IMG/VR virus record: IMGVR_UViG_3300020477_001447
Location: 36,744 to 100,743 of that record
Reading direction: 5' to 3' (one strand)
Length of the DNA: 64,000 nt
Source of the DNA: a virus
A program made the position numbers and the translations under genes. The notes beneath the pieces are model-generated. The model saw only the letters and a program-made list of their open reading frames with translations. It was not told the DNA's origin and did no database searches. Shown one piece after another: positions 42,301 to 51,495 of this stretch. How positions within the stretch are numbered: position 1 is the stretch's first letter; each line of letters begins with the position of its first letter.

Positions 42301-42493
42301 GGAAGATTATGATAAAAAAAGAACACAAACTGGCACTAAGCGACGATTTTTGCCTTCTTTGGGACGAGCAGCTGCAGCTACCTCAACTGTGACACCAAAC
42401 ACGCCACAACCTGCGACAGAGGCGCCTGCGGCGAATCCTACCCCAACGACCATTAGTAGGGGAACCACTAGAGGTGGAGGTAGTGGCTACTAA
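39326..42493 (+). CDS. Large (1055 aa) putative virion protein
   Basis: Coupled ORF in the tail module; His-rich WTGGVHKHADGSWMTGTYHT motif; P/T-rich tail ending GGGSGY. Confidence 0.6.
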   Translation: MDISLEGLEGLTIPRAFTKSILLESDRTGGTAVSVSFVIKEFETNGLGFSFSESDLSRIKFYGVLTSNETIAKNLSADGSRILNLVQLNTQHPEVAVTTVDGSNMSYSATNKDESYTHAGGKAAKDIVYNMRLNFPGSEPEYLALFILPYEITQQEQELGMSENPAISYSVHTSDIIIKNSKVNQSGLIFILPHRPGTTEGQVWTGGVHKHADGSWMTGTYHTNESRTLIAMEVESSKVQDFRIREKLQKLFFDRNSLHGGENFNNRAMTKLAKGVNVQNIRERKSNYISPMHFAADTNNNLNYHFSLDLLNVIKENCEFASIYSNNQELLTSAEILSFKIIRRRVQNEFVFNRLTGGGISNRVFEENQIEEVIAHGTGDTLRSVQLSPSVPGVLHYFGIDPTMKDVTTGKYQYGVSIEMLDNTKQKIVNYLYSPENGLTNMVSQLRQYLNIASLPQNYNPATNSFTNRFVDLNYEPVWQAAATRYIDLLETILGADYAIDGTTLSEFEITLQNIASPHCGNPSGVLLLIDLIQKIIKDLSTLVRNTSQNKPHSDNDGYDSAPASGASKNIFSIKTFFKEAYDSDRPNDFGLEYLSINEIPQNPDSALMRMMDYSTWEDRIKKENTKYSIEPNRSINSFGYLSPSNIKMPKQRDIMIEDTEESAKKISGALYNVLASKARKASPLNLSRNRVNVQRENFESEDVSRISDQVAALEAAATSVSALPRESKNIYNIVDSNNVALTDASALLSADSNFVKKPKVKSRVSGSSETVRNADTVFAGSNLLKKIDANDSKITNQLLEGDAFNGFAPSRDNVTRTKGTLRGMPRIPSPKSPAEAEFNKIIAEGEGMPQDIAAVAVKYGFTKKVEYLSGYKVDKNTNYTFIKEPLWLELTEQVFENARTSSQPLFCRIVEPNLSLPTFKGFEMPAYNEYFMIGAASTLLVTESAIGGIISKRVVPPRKEYFRMSEMVSSYEDFLKTPKLPAGMGLALRDVEDYDKKRTQTGTKRRFLPSLGRAAAATSTVTPNTPQPATEAPAANPTPTTISRGTTRGGGSGY

Positions 42494-42496
42494 TTA
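42490..42496 (+). promoter_or_regulatory. Putative late-promoter motif CTAATTA
   Basis: At the gene junction before 42512, inside the palindrome TACTAATTAGTA. Confidence 0.5.
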
Positions 42497-42511
42497 GTAT
42501 AAGCTAAGAAT

Positions 42512-45500
42512 ATGAAAATATACGGTAAAACACATATAATTCTAGAACCTACCCTACAGGGCCGTCGCCCAGAGGGCGGTACAAGGAATAGACTTACTTA
42601 TACTGAGCAGTCAGACAGTTTTCTGTTTGGTCATACTGGCTTGGGTAGATATTTTCGTCATTCTAATCTAGCTGCAGCGCCCGCCGCGCAGGGAGATCCT
42701 GAACATAGTCACAAAGCAGATGCGTTTAGAGCGACTTCAGGTAGGTACTGGGCCAGTCGGTGGCCGACTGATGGAACTTTAACATTTGCAAATAAGAGTT
42801 CGGCAAATCCAACAGGAGATACCATAGCCAGAGATTCTTATGATCCTCAATCTTTGCACCATTTAAACGAAAACAATCATGCTTTAAAAATACCGTTTGA
42901 GTTTGAATCACTTTTAATAGATGTCAAACAGACTCCTCAAAGTGCATATGCAACAATGTTGGCCCAGCCACAAACTTTGATGGGCTTGTATACAATTGTG
43001 GGAGATATAACGGATCATGAGGGCACCCCACAATCTCCTGTGCTGGGCGGTGGTCTAGAAATACACACAGCTGTTACAATAAGATATAACCATAATAATT
43101 ATGCTCTAGGAACCAAGACAACAAATGTGCCGGCAACTGATACTAGTTTAGATACTTTAGCAAATGCTGGTTACACTAATTGGAGAAAATACTGTTTAGG
43201 GGGTCAAATATTTGGTAGTGCCGTAGCCAACCCACCCGGATTATTCCATCCTGTGCCATATACTTGGGTATATGGTACCACTATGGCCACTACCCTTGGC
43301 CCAAATGTTTTACAAGATCACGTTTTTACAACCATGTCTCCTTATGATCGTAACACAGACGCTTATAGGAACTGGTCCCATGAAGACGGTCTTATGGGGG
43401 CTTCAGCTAGAGGCAACTACAATTATTTTCAGGGCTATTTTTATGAAGAGCTAGATGAGCATGTAATACCAAATTCTTATGCCATATACCATTCAATTTA
43501 TAATAGGTATAATTATTCACCGTCTCTAACAGAGCTGTTAAATTATAATCTATATTCTTATCTGCTTGACTATGGTGGCGAGCTAAACGAACCAACCACA
43601 TATCAGCAAATAAACTCAGACACAGTTGATTCTACGATAGCCGGCGCGCAACCACGCCCATATTTAGAAGAGCTAGCGAGAAGATATGATAGAATCTCTA
43701 CAAACCCTGATCATTTAGAGGGGTTAAAGAAAAGATACTCACATATTGGATTATCAGATAATGTAATGCAAGATTCTCAGCTTGCCGAGGAGCTTTATAA
43801 CGCTCATAATTTATTTCCAATGAGTACAGAGTTGGAATTTGATTCATATGCTCCGAATACACAGTTCTTTAATATATTAAGGAGACATGATTTAGTTGAT
43901 GCTCTCATGTTTGAAATAATGAGAGCGAATATGCAATTTCATGAAGAACAGGGTCTCCCGAATGGAGTTAATACTGGACTCACTCGAAACGGCGCAGAGT
44001 TCAAATACATGGACATGGCAGCTCAGATTACATCACCAGCAGATGACAACGAGCGCACTCAAATTTATGATTTGTATGACTATGAACCCGGTGAGTTTTA
44101 CACGGAGGATCAAGGGATATATTATGTGAAATCTTTGGACTTCTTCAGCCTTATAACAGAAATGCATATGGCCAGTCCTCTTGGTCAGGGCTTGTACGCT
44201 GATACGCCAATTGGCGAGCAGCCAGCATCTCTAGCAGGCCACACCACCGATGCTGGAATTAAAGATGGTTATGGTCTTATTGTTGGTGGAAAAGTAAGGA
44301 GGAGTGATATGATTCCAACTAATTCAATATCTTCCACTGAAGTTAATAAATTGAAGCTAGCATTTCAAGCTCTTTGTACAGAAATGAGGCGCCACAATAG
44401 AGCGTGGACTCAGTTAATTGACGGAGACAGGGCATACTCAGAGCCACTTTATTACAAGGTGGTTAAAAAAGATGAGTACGACACAATTATACAAAACTAT
44501 TATATTCCGCGGTCTAGCCCTCAAGATGTGTTACAAAACGTTAAACTGTCTGACACGCAGATCAAATATGGTAAAAGATATAAGTATGAAGTTTATGAAT
44601 ATAATTTAGTCATAGGTACAGAGTATTACTACAAGAATGTTCAAGTTTCTCCAAATGAGTATCCCTGGCCAGGATGGCATCCTAGAATTGACAGAGTTAT
44701 AGGCTTCATAGAGCCTTCTGCTCACGCCCAACTCGGCGCAGAAGATTCTACTATCCAAAACTTTCACTTAGGGGATTTCCACGTAGCAACACAAGAAAAC
44801 AGCACATCACCCAGACAAGGACCGGGCTATTTGGAAATGTTTAGCGGAGGAGATATTGGCCTAGAATCTGAAGCTGGCCACTGGAGAACTGTATTTCTTG
44901 ACGGAGATAATGAACTAACAAACAATAATTTCTTTTTAGATATTGTTGAATATGATCAATCTTTATTACCAATACAAAACGATCATGTTTCAATTGATCT
45001 GGGCGACGTATTGAAAAACATGTTTAGATACTTCCCGGGTCACAGTTGGACATACGAGTCGGTTGCGGAAAGTATACAAACAGAATTAAATCAACACCCT
45101 GATTTAACTTATGAGTATTTCTGTAAGTTTTTGCTCCGCGGAAATCCAGAGGACGTTATGACTCCCGAAGGCGGAATTCTGTTTGTAGATCTACCACAAG
45201 ACCCATCAGACTCTCTTTGGACAAGCCCTAGTTATGAGATTCGTTGTATCATAGCAACACATGATGGCATCGTCGCGCAAGGTCTTGAAGATCTTTTTGA
45301 TATACCAACAGGACCTCTTGTGCCCATAGGAACTGCCGAATCAGGCCCCCCACCAGTAACTGAAGCTGGAGCCCCGCTTTTACCGGCTGGGCAAGTCGAA
45401 CCATCAGGTCCTCGCCGCGGCCTCCCGGTTGGAAGCTACGCTCCTGTTCAGCCCCAAAAGTCGCCCCGCGGCCTCCCCGTAGGTACCGCTGCCCCAGTGG

Positions 45501-46582
45501 CTGGCTTATCAAACCCCACCGGCGGTCCAATACTCAGTACTTCGGAGGCGCCTCGCACTGGCCCGATTATGCCGGGTGACATTCTCAATTTACCTACTCA
45601 AAGGTTTAAGATACTATGGAGAACAGGCAGGCACGGGTGGGAGCCAAGCTCACCAGCTACTTCAACAGAAGATCATGGAACCTGCAATTTTGCAGTTAGA
45701 CAGGGGTTGTCTGCAAAAATAATAGAAGTGCCCTTCTACACAACAGAATTTGTGGCAGCTAGAGATTTTGGGCCAAGTATACCAGAAATCGAGCTGGTGC
45801 CATACAGGGGTAATAGCAACGAGATGTTGTTCTTACTAAACGCGCCAGCACATAGCTATTCTATGTTACCGATAGTAATAGAACCAGAAGATGAAGAAAT
45901 CTTTAACCTTCAACGGGAAGCACAGGGCCGGCCCACGGGCCCAATCGTATTCCAAGCAGATGATAGGTTTTTAAAATATCAGGTTTACAGATTGAATTTT
46001 AAACCTACAAGTTATACTGACTTTGCCGGCAGCCTTAGAGAAACTGTAGACTCATCGATGGAGATGATGAAAAGATCGACTGGTGCATCTTTTAAAGACT
46101 CTCTGCTTTCAAATCAAAAATATTATTATACTTTTAGAACTGTCGACGGACACGATCAGGTCTCTAATCCGACAGCTGTTTATGAAGTGGAACTAGTTGA
46201 CTATGATGGAAGAATGTACCCAATTATCAGCACAGTGCAATTCGAAGCAAAACCAGAACCAACAACAAGATCGTTTAAAAAATATATCAGTATTGCACCG
46301 TCGCTGCTTCAAAGAACACTCCCTCCCGCTTCGTCGCTGGCGACCTCAGCTGGAGATCTGGACGGTTTAGCACCATCTGTTCTATTAGGATCGCACACAG
46401 AAGAAATAGAGGACCGGGTGTGGGGCGAGACAAGTGACCCCACCGCGACAGAAAATTTACCATGTGAAAGAACAAACAACAAAACTTATAAGATAAGAAT
46501 AACTTCTAAATCTACAGGAAAGAAGCTTGATTTGAATATAAAATTCACAGAAACTCCGATTATCAATCCGGAGCGCGAATAA
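42512..46582 (+). CDS. Large (1356 aa) putative virion protein with FN3-like segments
   Basis: DTQIKYGKRYKYEV and YQVYR...KYYYTFRTVD resemble FN3-type strands; Pro-rich linker. Confidence 0.6.
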   Translation: MKIYGKTHIILEPTLQGRRPEGGTRNRLTYTEQSDSFLFGHTGLGRYFRHSNLAAAPAAQGDPEHSHKADAFRATSGRYWASRWPTDGTLTFANKSSANPTGDTIARDSYDPQSLHHLNENNHALKIPFEFESLLIDVKQTPQSAYATMLAQPQTLMGLYTIVGDITDHEGTPQSPVLGGGLEIHTAVTIRYNHNNYALGTKTTNVPATDTSLDTLANAGYTNWRKYCLGGQIFGSAVANPPGLFHPVPYTWVYGTTMATTLGPNVLQDHVFTTMSPYDRNTDAYRNWSHEDGLMGASARGNYNYFQGYFYEELDEHVIPNSYAIYHSIYNRYNYSPSLTELLNYNLYSYLLDYGGELNEPTTYQQINSDTVDSTIAGAQPRPYLEELARRYDRISTNPDHLEGLKKRYSHIGLSDNVMQDSQLAEELYNAHNLFPMSTELEFDSYAPNTQFFNILRRHDLVDALMFEIMRANMQFHEEQGLPNGVNTGLTRNGAEFKYMDMAAQITSPADDNERTQIYDLYDYEPGEFYTEDQGIYYVKSLDFFSLITEMHMASPLGQGLYADTPIGEQPASLAGHTTDAGIKDGYGLIVGGKVRRSDMIPTNSISSTEVNKLKLAFQALCTEMRRHNRAWTQLIDGDRAYSEPLYYKVVKKDEYDTIIQNYYIPRSSPQDVLQNVKLSDTQIKYGKRYKYEVYEYNLVIGTEYYYKNVQVSPNEYPWPGWHPRIDRVIGFIEPSAHAQLGAEDSTIQNFHLGDFHVATQENSTSPRQGPGYLEMFSGGDIGLESEAGHWRTVFLDGDNELTNNNFFLDIVEYDQSLLPIQNDHVSIDLGDVLKNMFRYFPGHSWTYESVAESIQTELNQHPDLTYEYFCKFLLRGNPEDVMTPEGGILFVDLPQDPSDSLWTSPSYEIRCIIATHDGIVAQGLEDLFDIPTGPLVPIGTAESGPPPVTEAGAPLLPAGQVEPSGPRRGLPVGSYAPVQPQKSPRGLPVGTAAPVAGLSNPTGGPILSTSEAPRTGPIMPGDILNLPTQRFKILWRTGRHGWEPSSPATSTEDHGTCNFAVRQGLSAKIIEVPFYTTEFVAARDFGPSIPEIELVPYRGNSNEMLFLLNAPAHSYSMLPIVIEPEDEEIFNLQREAQGRPTGPIVFQADDRFLKYQVYRLNFKPTSYTDFAGSLRETVDSSMEMMKRSTGASFKDSLLSNQKYYYTFRTVDGHDQVSNPTAVYEVELVDYDGRMYPIISTVQFEAKPEPTTRSFKKYISIAPSLLQRTLPPASSLATSAGDLDGLAPSVLLGSHTEEIEDRVWGETSDPTATENLPCERTNNKTYKIRITSKSTGKKLDLNIKFTETPIINPERE

Positions 46583-46599
46583 AATCGAGTTTAAACGAA

Positions 46600-46613
46600 C
46601 TAAATACTAATTA
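46600..46613 (+). promoter_or_regulatory. Putative late-promoter motifs CTAAATA + CTAATTA (tandem)
   Basis: Intergenic, upstream of 46636. Confidence 0.5.
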
Positions 46614-46635
46614 ACAAAGAGGAATATATTATAAT

Positions 46636-47577
46636 ATGGCATATTTAGATAATTCAGGCGACATCATTTTAGATGCAGTGCTCACCGACACTGGCAGAAT
46701 GAGACTAGCAAAAGGTGACGGAAGTTTTAAAATAGTCAAGTTTGCATTGGCTGATGATGAAATTAACTACGCACTTTATGACTCAAACCACCCAAGTGGT
46801 TCTGCATATTACGATCTTCAAATTTTACAAAGTCCTGTTTTAGAGGCGTTTACAAATAATGCGTCCTCCATGAAGTCTAGACTTTTAACAATCTCTAGAA
46901 ATGACTTATTATATCTTCCTGTAGTAAAACTAAACACACTTGCTGGAAATGGTACAGAAAGGCACCCATCAGTTAGCTCTTTTGTCATCGCAGTAGATGA
47001 AACTACAGTTGGTGTCGATACTAGTAACGGCTTCGGTCAACTACTCGGCACTGGTATACTAAACGGCAACGTCCCGGGTGAAAGTACAAACTCTATTCGA
47101 ATTGATCAAGGGCTAGACACAACGGAAATTTCTAGAAACCTTACGTTAGATCCAGACTTGGTGGAAACTCAGTACATAATTGAAATGGACAACAGATTAG
47201 GATATCTTGTTAGCCCAGCCGGAATGGGAGTTAATGCCACCACGGCCCAGGTCAGTTTTATTGATGATGATCAGATTGCAACATACTATTTAACACTAAA
47301 TACAGACCCTATGTTTATTAGTAATTTGGCTGGAACAGAACAGTCTTCTGTTGGTGGCCCAACTGGAACTAGATTAGAATTTAGAATAGGTGCCACCACA
47401 AATTTGCGAACAAACTCTCATTTGTTTGATAAACTAGGATCATCAGCTGCATCATTAACAAATGATGCCGGCATCGCGCTCGGCACTCATAAGTTCATTG
47501 ATACAACAATAAGAGTCTCTGGTGTAACGACGGGATATTCGCTAGATATACCAGTAAGATATGTGAAAAAGTCTTAG
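46636..47577 (+). CDS. Putative tail/baseplate structural protein (tail-collar-like N-terminus)
   Basis: DAVLTDTGRMRLAKG...IVKFALADDEINY; GAGGA SD. Confidence 0.65.
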   Translation: MAYLDNSGDIILDAVLTDTGRMRLAKGDGSFKIVKFALADDEINYALYDSNHPSGSAYYDLQILQSPVLEAFTNNASSMKSRLLTISRNDLLYLPVVKLNTLAGNGTERHPSVSSFVIAVDETTVGVDTSNGFGQLLGTGILNGNVPGESTNSIRIDQGLDTTEISRNLTLDPDLVETQYIIEMDNRLGYLVSPAGMGVNATTAQVSFIDDDQIATYYLTLNTDPMFISNLAGTEQSSVGGPTGTRLEFRIGATTNLRTNSHLFDKLGSSAASLTNDAGIALGTHKFIDTTIRVSGVTTGYSLDIPVRYVKKS

Positions 47578-47592
47578 CATAAGGATATAAGG

Positions 47593-48663
47593 ATGGCTAC
47601 TAACACTTCTACATTTAAAACGTTTTTAAACAACGATATCGTTTCAACACGAAGCATGCTTCATGAAGCGATTCCATTAACTGGTTCCATTGTTTCTGGA
47701 ACTTATGGCGGAAACAACATCAAAAACTTTTCCCACGGGATGTTTCAAAGTGTTTACGATTACCCATATTTAAGTTCTTCTGCTAATCACATCTTTGATG
47801 TCACAGTTGGTTATTCTTCAAATTCCATCCTATCCTCCTCTACAGCGGTACAGAACTCCAAAAAGATTAACATCTATAATCAGATGGCACAGCTTTTAGC
47901 TGGATATGACGCTGATGGTAAAATTAGAGAGTTTGATGCTGACGGAGATTTAAGTGGTGGTCGAAAGATAAGAGAAGCTTTCTTTATTAACTTCTCTAGA
48001 TTACTAACCAAGGATGAAATTAAGAAACAGAGTTTCTCCATGACGGTCATGACTGGTGGTACTTGTTTTAATCCATCTGGAAATGTCACTTTAGCTGACC
48101 TTCAGGCAAACACATCTTATAAGATAAATTCACCTGCCGGCGAGTATGCCGTACTTTATACCGGCTCAGCAACCGGTGACACCGCAAAGGGTGTCGGCTT
48201 GTTGTACTACCAAGCAGGAATCGCTGTTGTTACGGCTAGTGTTTTTGCCGGCAGAAACCAGCAGCCACCAAACCTAAACGATTATTTTGGCCCTCCAAAC
48301 GCACCGCTTCACAGAAAGTACAGTGTTTCTGGATCATTGACAGGTTCTCAGATTTCTTCCTCCGCTGATGGATTTAGAAATAGATTGAAGAATATCTCTT
48401 TCAACAATACAACGGAATTGAATTCAACAGTTTATTTCTGCAGAGCAAACAACAATGAATTTAATTACAGCTCCAACCCAACATATCTTTCCTCAAGCAA
48501 GATTCAGGTTAAGACAAATGCAGTAGATAATCCAGTCTCCTACATTACAACAGTCGGCCTTTACGCTGCTGATAATGAGCTGTTGGCTGTAGCTAAACTG
48601 TCTGAACCGCTCAAGAAAGATCCAACTAACGAATTTACATTGCGTGTGAGACTTGATTACTAG
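47593..48663 (+). CDS. Putative tail/baseplate structural protein (tail-collar-like C-terminus)
   Basis: C-terminal SSNPTY...YITTVGLYAADNELLAVAKLSEPLKKD...RVRLDY. Confidence 0.65.
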   Translation: MATNTSTFKTFLNNDIVSTRSMLHEAIPLTGSIVSGTYGGNNIKNFSHGMFQSVYDYPYLSSSANHIFDVTVGYSSNSILSSSTAVQNSKKINIYNQMAQLLAGYDADGKIREFDADGDLSGGRKIREAFFINFSRLLTKDEIKKQSFSMTVMTGGTCFNPSGNVTLADLQANTSYKINSPAGEYAVLYTGSATGDTAKGVGLLYYQAGIAVVTASVFAGRNQQPPNLNDYFGPPNAPLHRKYSVSGSLTGSQISSSADGFRNRLKNISFNNTTELNSTVYFCRANNNEFNYSSNPTYLSSSKIQVKTNAVDNPVSYITTVGLYAADNELLAVAKLSEPLKKDPTNEFTLRVRLDY

Positions 48664-48664
48664 C

Positions 48665-48671
48665 CTATTTA
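48665..48671 (+). promoter_or_regulatory. Putative late-promoter motif CTATTTA
   Basis: In the 23-nt gap before 48687. Confidence 0.5.
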
Positions 48672-48686
48672 CTGAAGGGAGTAGTC

Positions 48687-50054
48687 GTGTCTTATATATT
48701 TAAATTCAAACGTAACGATATATTCGTTAACACTATTGAAGCGAACCCAAGAGTAAATTTTCAGATTTATAGCGGCTCGGCGTTCTTAAACAATAGAATG
48801 AGCCTCTCTGGCGCGTTTACTTCTAGTGTTGTTGCAGACCCCGGCCATGTTTCGTTGTATGAACTAAACGTTGATAGGTCTGGTACTGTAGACTTTCATG
48901 CCGGCGCCCACGCCTTTGAAAATGCTGGCCGAAACCACCCGGACCTTGTTGATGAGCATGCGGTCGCTTATTATCGTGGTTTAAACCCTCGCGCGCACTC
49001 TTTTGTTGTTAAAGATGGCACAAGAATGTCTTTTAAAACAGTTACGACACATCAATTTAATGCATCAAGTCAGTTTGGCGATCACATATACAAGAAGTAT
49101 CCACTCACCTCTTCTTTGCATAGGGAGTATTACTATTCTACAACGAATAGACAACAGACTCCCAATTGGCAAGCGACACCTTCGGGTCAAACTCTTATAT
49201 CGTCTGGCTCTATAACTCACTTGTTTGCATTAAAAAATACACTAAATGATTATGTGAGATTGAGTCCGCATTATGCCTATAGTTCTTCACGCGGCGAATT
49301 AAGCTGGAACAAGCACACCCAGCACGTTAATCTCATATCGATACCATCAATATTCTATGGTTCCGAAATTGAGAAGGGTACCGTTGACTTAAAATATTAC
49401 ATCACGGGCACTCTCATAGGCCAGCTGCAGGACTTAAAGAGAAATGGGGATTTAGTTCAGGTTGGTCCTCGTGGAAGCACAGGGTCTGGTAGCGTAGCTG
49501 GTTCAGTATTGTATGACCAGGGTTTTATTATTTTGACAGGATCTTGGGCTCTCAGTTCCTCTACAAAAGAACAATATAAAGATTCTGCAGGAGATGATTT
49601 CCCACGGTGGATTCACTTTGCCAGCTGCATCGCAGATGGTCACCGACCCGGTGATGTTAACACTTTTTTGACTGCGCCAAATCCACCAACTCCATCATCA
49701 AGTTATAATTTAAGCTTCAATGGTACAACCAGAACTCCAACCTTAACGATGATGGCTCATGCTAAAAAAGGCACATTAAATCACTCCAACAATCCAACTT
49801 ATATTAAGTTTGGTGAATTCGGCCTCGCCGGTACTGGTTCTAATGGTTATGTAGAAAATGGTGAAATGACTATTAAAAATATTCTTAAAACACCGTATAA
49901 TGATCCTACTGGGAGTTTTAAGAAGATTACATATATTACAAAAGTTGGAATATATGACGAAGACAGAAATCTTATTGGAATTGCTAAATTAGCAAACCCT
50001 GTTAAGAAAACAGAAGATCGAGACTTCACCTTCAAATTAAAAATAGATTTATAA
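48687..50054 (+). CDS. Putative tail/baseplate structural protein, paralog of 47593-48663
   Basis: SNNPTY...YITKVGIYDEDRNLIGIAKLANPVKK...KLKIDL; GTG start after AAGGGAG. Confidence 0.65.
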   Translation: MSYIFKFKRNDIFVNTIEANPRVNFQIYSGSAFLNNRMSLSGAFTSSVVADPGHVSLYELNVDRSGTVDFHAGAHAFENAGRNHPDLVDEHAVAYYRGLNPRAHSFVVKDGTRMSFKTVTTHQFNASSQFGDHIYKKYPLTSSLHREYYYSTTNRQQTPNWQATPSGQTLISSGSITHLFALKNTLNDYVRLSPHYAYSSSRGELSWNKHTQHVNLISIPSIFYGSEIEKGTVDLKYYITGTLIGQLQDLKRNGDLVQVGPRGSTGSGSVAGSVLYDQGFIILTGSWALSSSTKEQYKDSAGDDFPRWIHFASCIADGHRPGDVNTFLTAPNPPTPSSSYNLSFNGTTRTPTLTMMAHAKKGTLNHSNNPTYIKFGEFGLAGTGSNGYVENGEMTIKNILKTPYNDPTGSFKKITYITKVGIYDEDRNLIGIAKLANPVKKTEDRDFTFKLKIDL

Positions 50055-50582
50055 ATGATATTAGGTTTAGATATCAGTACCAGTATAACAGGATATACTG
50101 TGCTGGATGATAATGGGAACATAGTTGTTTGCGACCATATTGATTTGCGCAAACAAAAAGATTTTTTTCAAAAAGCTACAACTGTCGAAGCTGTATTAGT
50201 AGATATAAAAAAACAACACTCTATAAAAAACGTATACATTGAATTGCCTTTCATGTTTTTCAAGTCTGGTGGGTCTTCAGCGATCACGATGTCTGTGTTG
50301 CAAAGATTTAATGGCGTTATTTCGTGGATGTGTTATAATCTGTTTAAGGTAACGCCAGAATATTTTGGTGCTACCGAGGCTCGAAAGTTGTGTGGAATCA
50401 AAGTCCCCCGCGGACAAAAAGCAAAAGATGTTGTTATGAAATTTGTACTTGACACCGAGGCTGAGTTTAGTGTAGAATATACAAGAAATAATAATCCAAA
50501 GGCTGGCTACGCAGATCGTGCAGACAGCTATGTTATTGCTAAAGCGGGTTCCACTACGTGCAAGAAGAAAAATTTAAGTTAA
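50055..50582 (+). CDS. RuvC-like Holliday junction resolvase
   Basis: MILGLDISTSITG, VYIE, DRADSYVIA (RNase H-fold acidic residues). Confidence 0.85.
   Translation: MILGLDISTSITGYTVLDDNGNIVVCDHIDLRKQKDFFQKATTVEAVLVDIKKQHSIKNVYIELPFMFFKSGGSSAITMSVLQRFNGVISWMCYNLFKVTPEYFGATEARKLCGIKVPRGQKAKDVVMKFVLDTEAEFSVEYTRNNNPKAGYADRADSYVIAKAGSTTCKKKNLS
50449..50478 (+). promoter_or_regulatory. Putative sigma70-type promoter for primase
   Basis: TTGACA (50449)-18 nt-TAGAAT (50473), about 80 nt upstream of the primase start. Confidence 0.55.
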
Positions 50583-51493
50583 TAAAAGAAATTTTAGGAA
50601 GCGGATATAGAACTAATGATGAATATTTGTTCTTTTGTCCGTTTTGCAAACACCATAAGAGAAAGTTCTCTGTCAATATAGAGAAGGGCTTTTTCAAATG
50701 TTGGATCTGTGACACTCGCGGAAGAAACCTTCAGAGAATTGTGCGAAGGTTTGGAACATTCCACCAGAAACAACACTGGAAGGAGTTGACACAAACTGTC
50801 GATCTATCGCTTTTTGATGAACTTTTTGCCGGCAGCATAGAAGAAGAGGTACAAGAAAAAGTAATTCTCCCAGAGGGGTTTGTATCTCTAGTGAACAAGA
50901 ACCCACCCATGAGTTCCCTGTTGGCAAGAAAGTATCTTAAAAGCCGCGGCATAACCAGAGGGGATATTGTTAAGTGGAGGATCGGGTATTGTACTAAGGG
51001 TGAATACTCTGGAAGGATTGTGGTTCCATCTTTTAATCTAGACGGTGGTCTAAATTATTTTGTAGCGCGCTCTTATGGCAATGATTATCCAAAATACAAA
51101 AATCCACCGTCTAGCACAGACATGGTGTTTAATCATTTAAACATAGACTGGGCGTCTGACTTGGTGATAGTTGAAGGAGTTTTTGATGCAATCGTTGCCG
51201 GCCCAAATTCGGTACCACTTTTAGGATCAACTTTGAGAGATGATTCCAGGCTGTTTAAAGAGATTGTAACAAATGACACTCCTGTCTATATCGCACTCGA
51301 TCCAGATGCAGAAAAAAAATCTATGAAATTGATAGAAAAACTATTGACATATGACGTTGAGTTGTATAAACTAGATATAAATCCCTATTCTGATGTTGGG
51401 GAAATGACTCCGGAGGAGTTTTTGAAGAGAAAGGAAAATGCCTCTCCGATGACTTTCGACTCTTGTTTGATGAGAAAGACTATGATGATTTAA
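50558..51493 (+). CDS. DNA primase (Zn-binding domain + TOPRIM)
   Basis: CPFC...CWIC zinc domain, YLKSRGI, RIVVP, YKNP, IVEGVFDA, LDPDA. Confidence 0.9.
   Translation: MQEEKFKLIKEILGSGYRTNDEYLFFCPFCKHHKRKFSVNIEKGFFKCWICDTRGRNLQRIVRRFGTFHQKQHWKELTQTVDLSLFDELFAGSIEEEVQEKVILPEGFVSLVNKNPPMSSLLARKYLKSRGITRGDIVKWRIGYCTKGEYSGRIVVPSFNLDGGLNYFVARSYGNDYPKYKNPPSSTDMVFNHLNIDWASDLVIVEGVFDAIVAGPNSVPLLGSTLRDDSRLFKEIVTNDTPVYIALDPDAEKKSMKLIEKLLTYDVELYKLDINPYSDVGEMTPEEFLKRKENASPMTFDSCLMRKTMMI
51344..51372 (+). promoter_or_regulatory. Putative sigma70-type promoter for the Mre11-Rad50 fusion
   Basis: TTGACA (51344)-17 nt-TAAACT (51367), about 125 nt upstream of ATG 51496. Confidence 0.45.
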
Positions 51494-51495
51494 TT

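Noticed and set aside
42488-42499. Palindrome TACTAATTAGTA as a terminator
   Set aside because: AT-only, with no loop or U-tract; better explained as a copy of the CTAATTA motif overlapping a stop codon.
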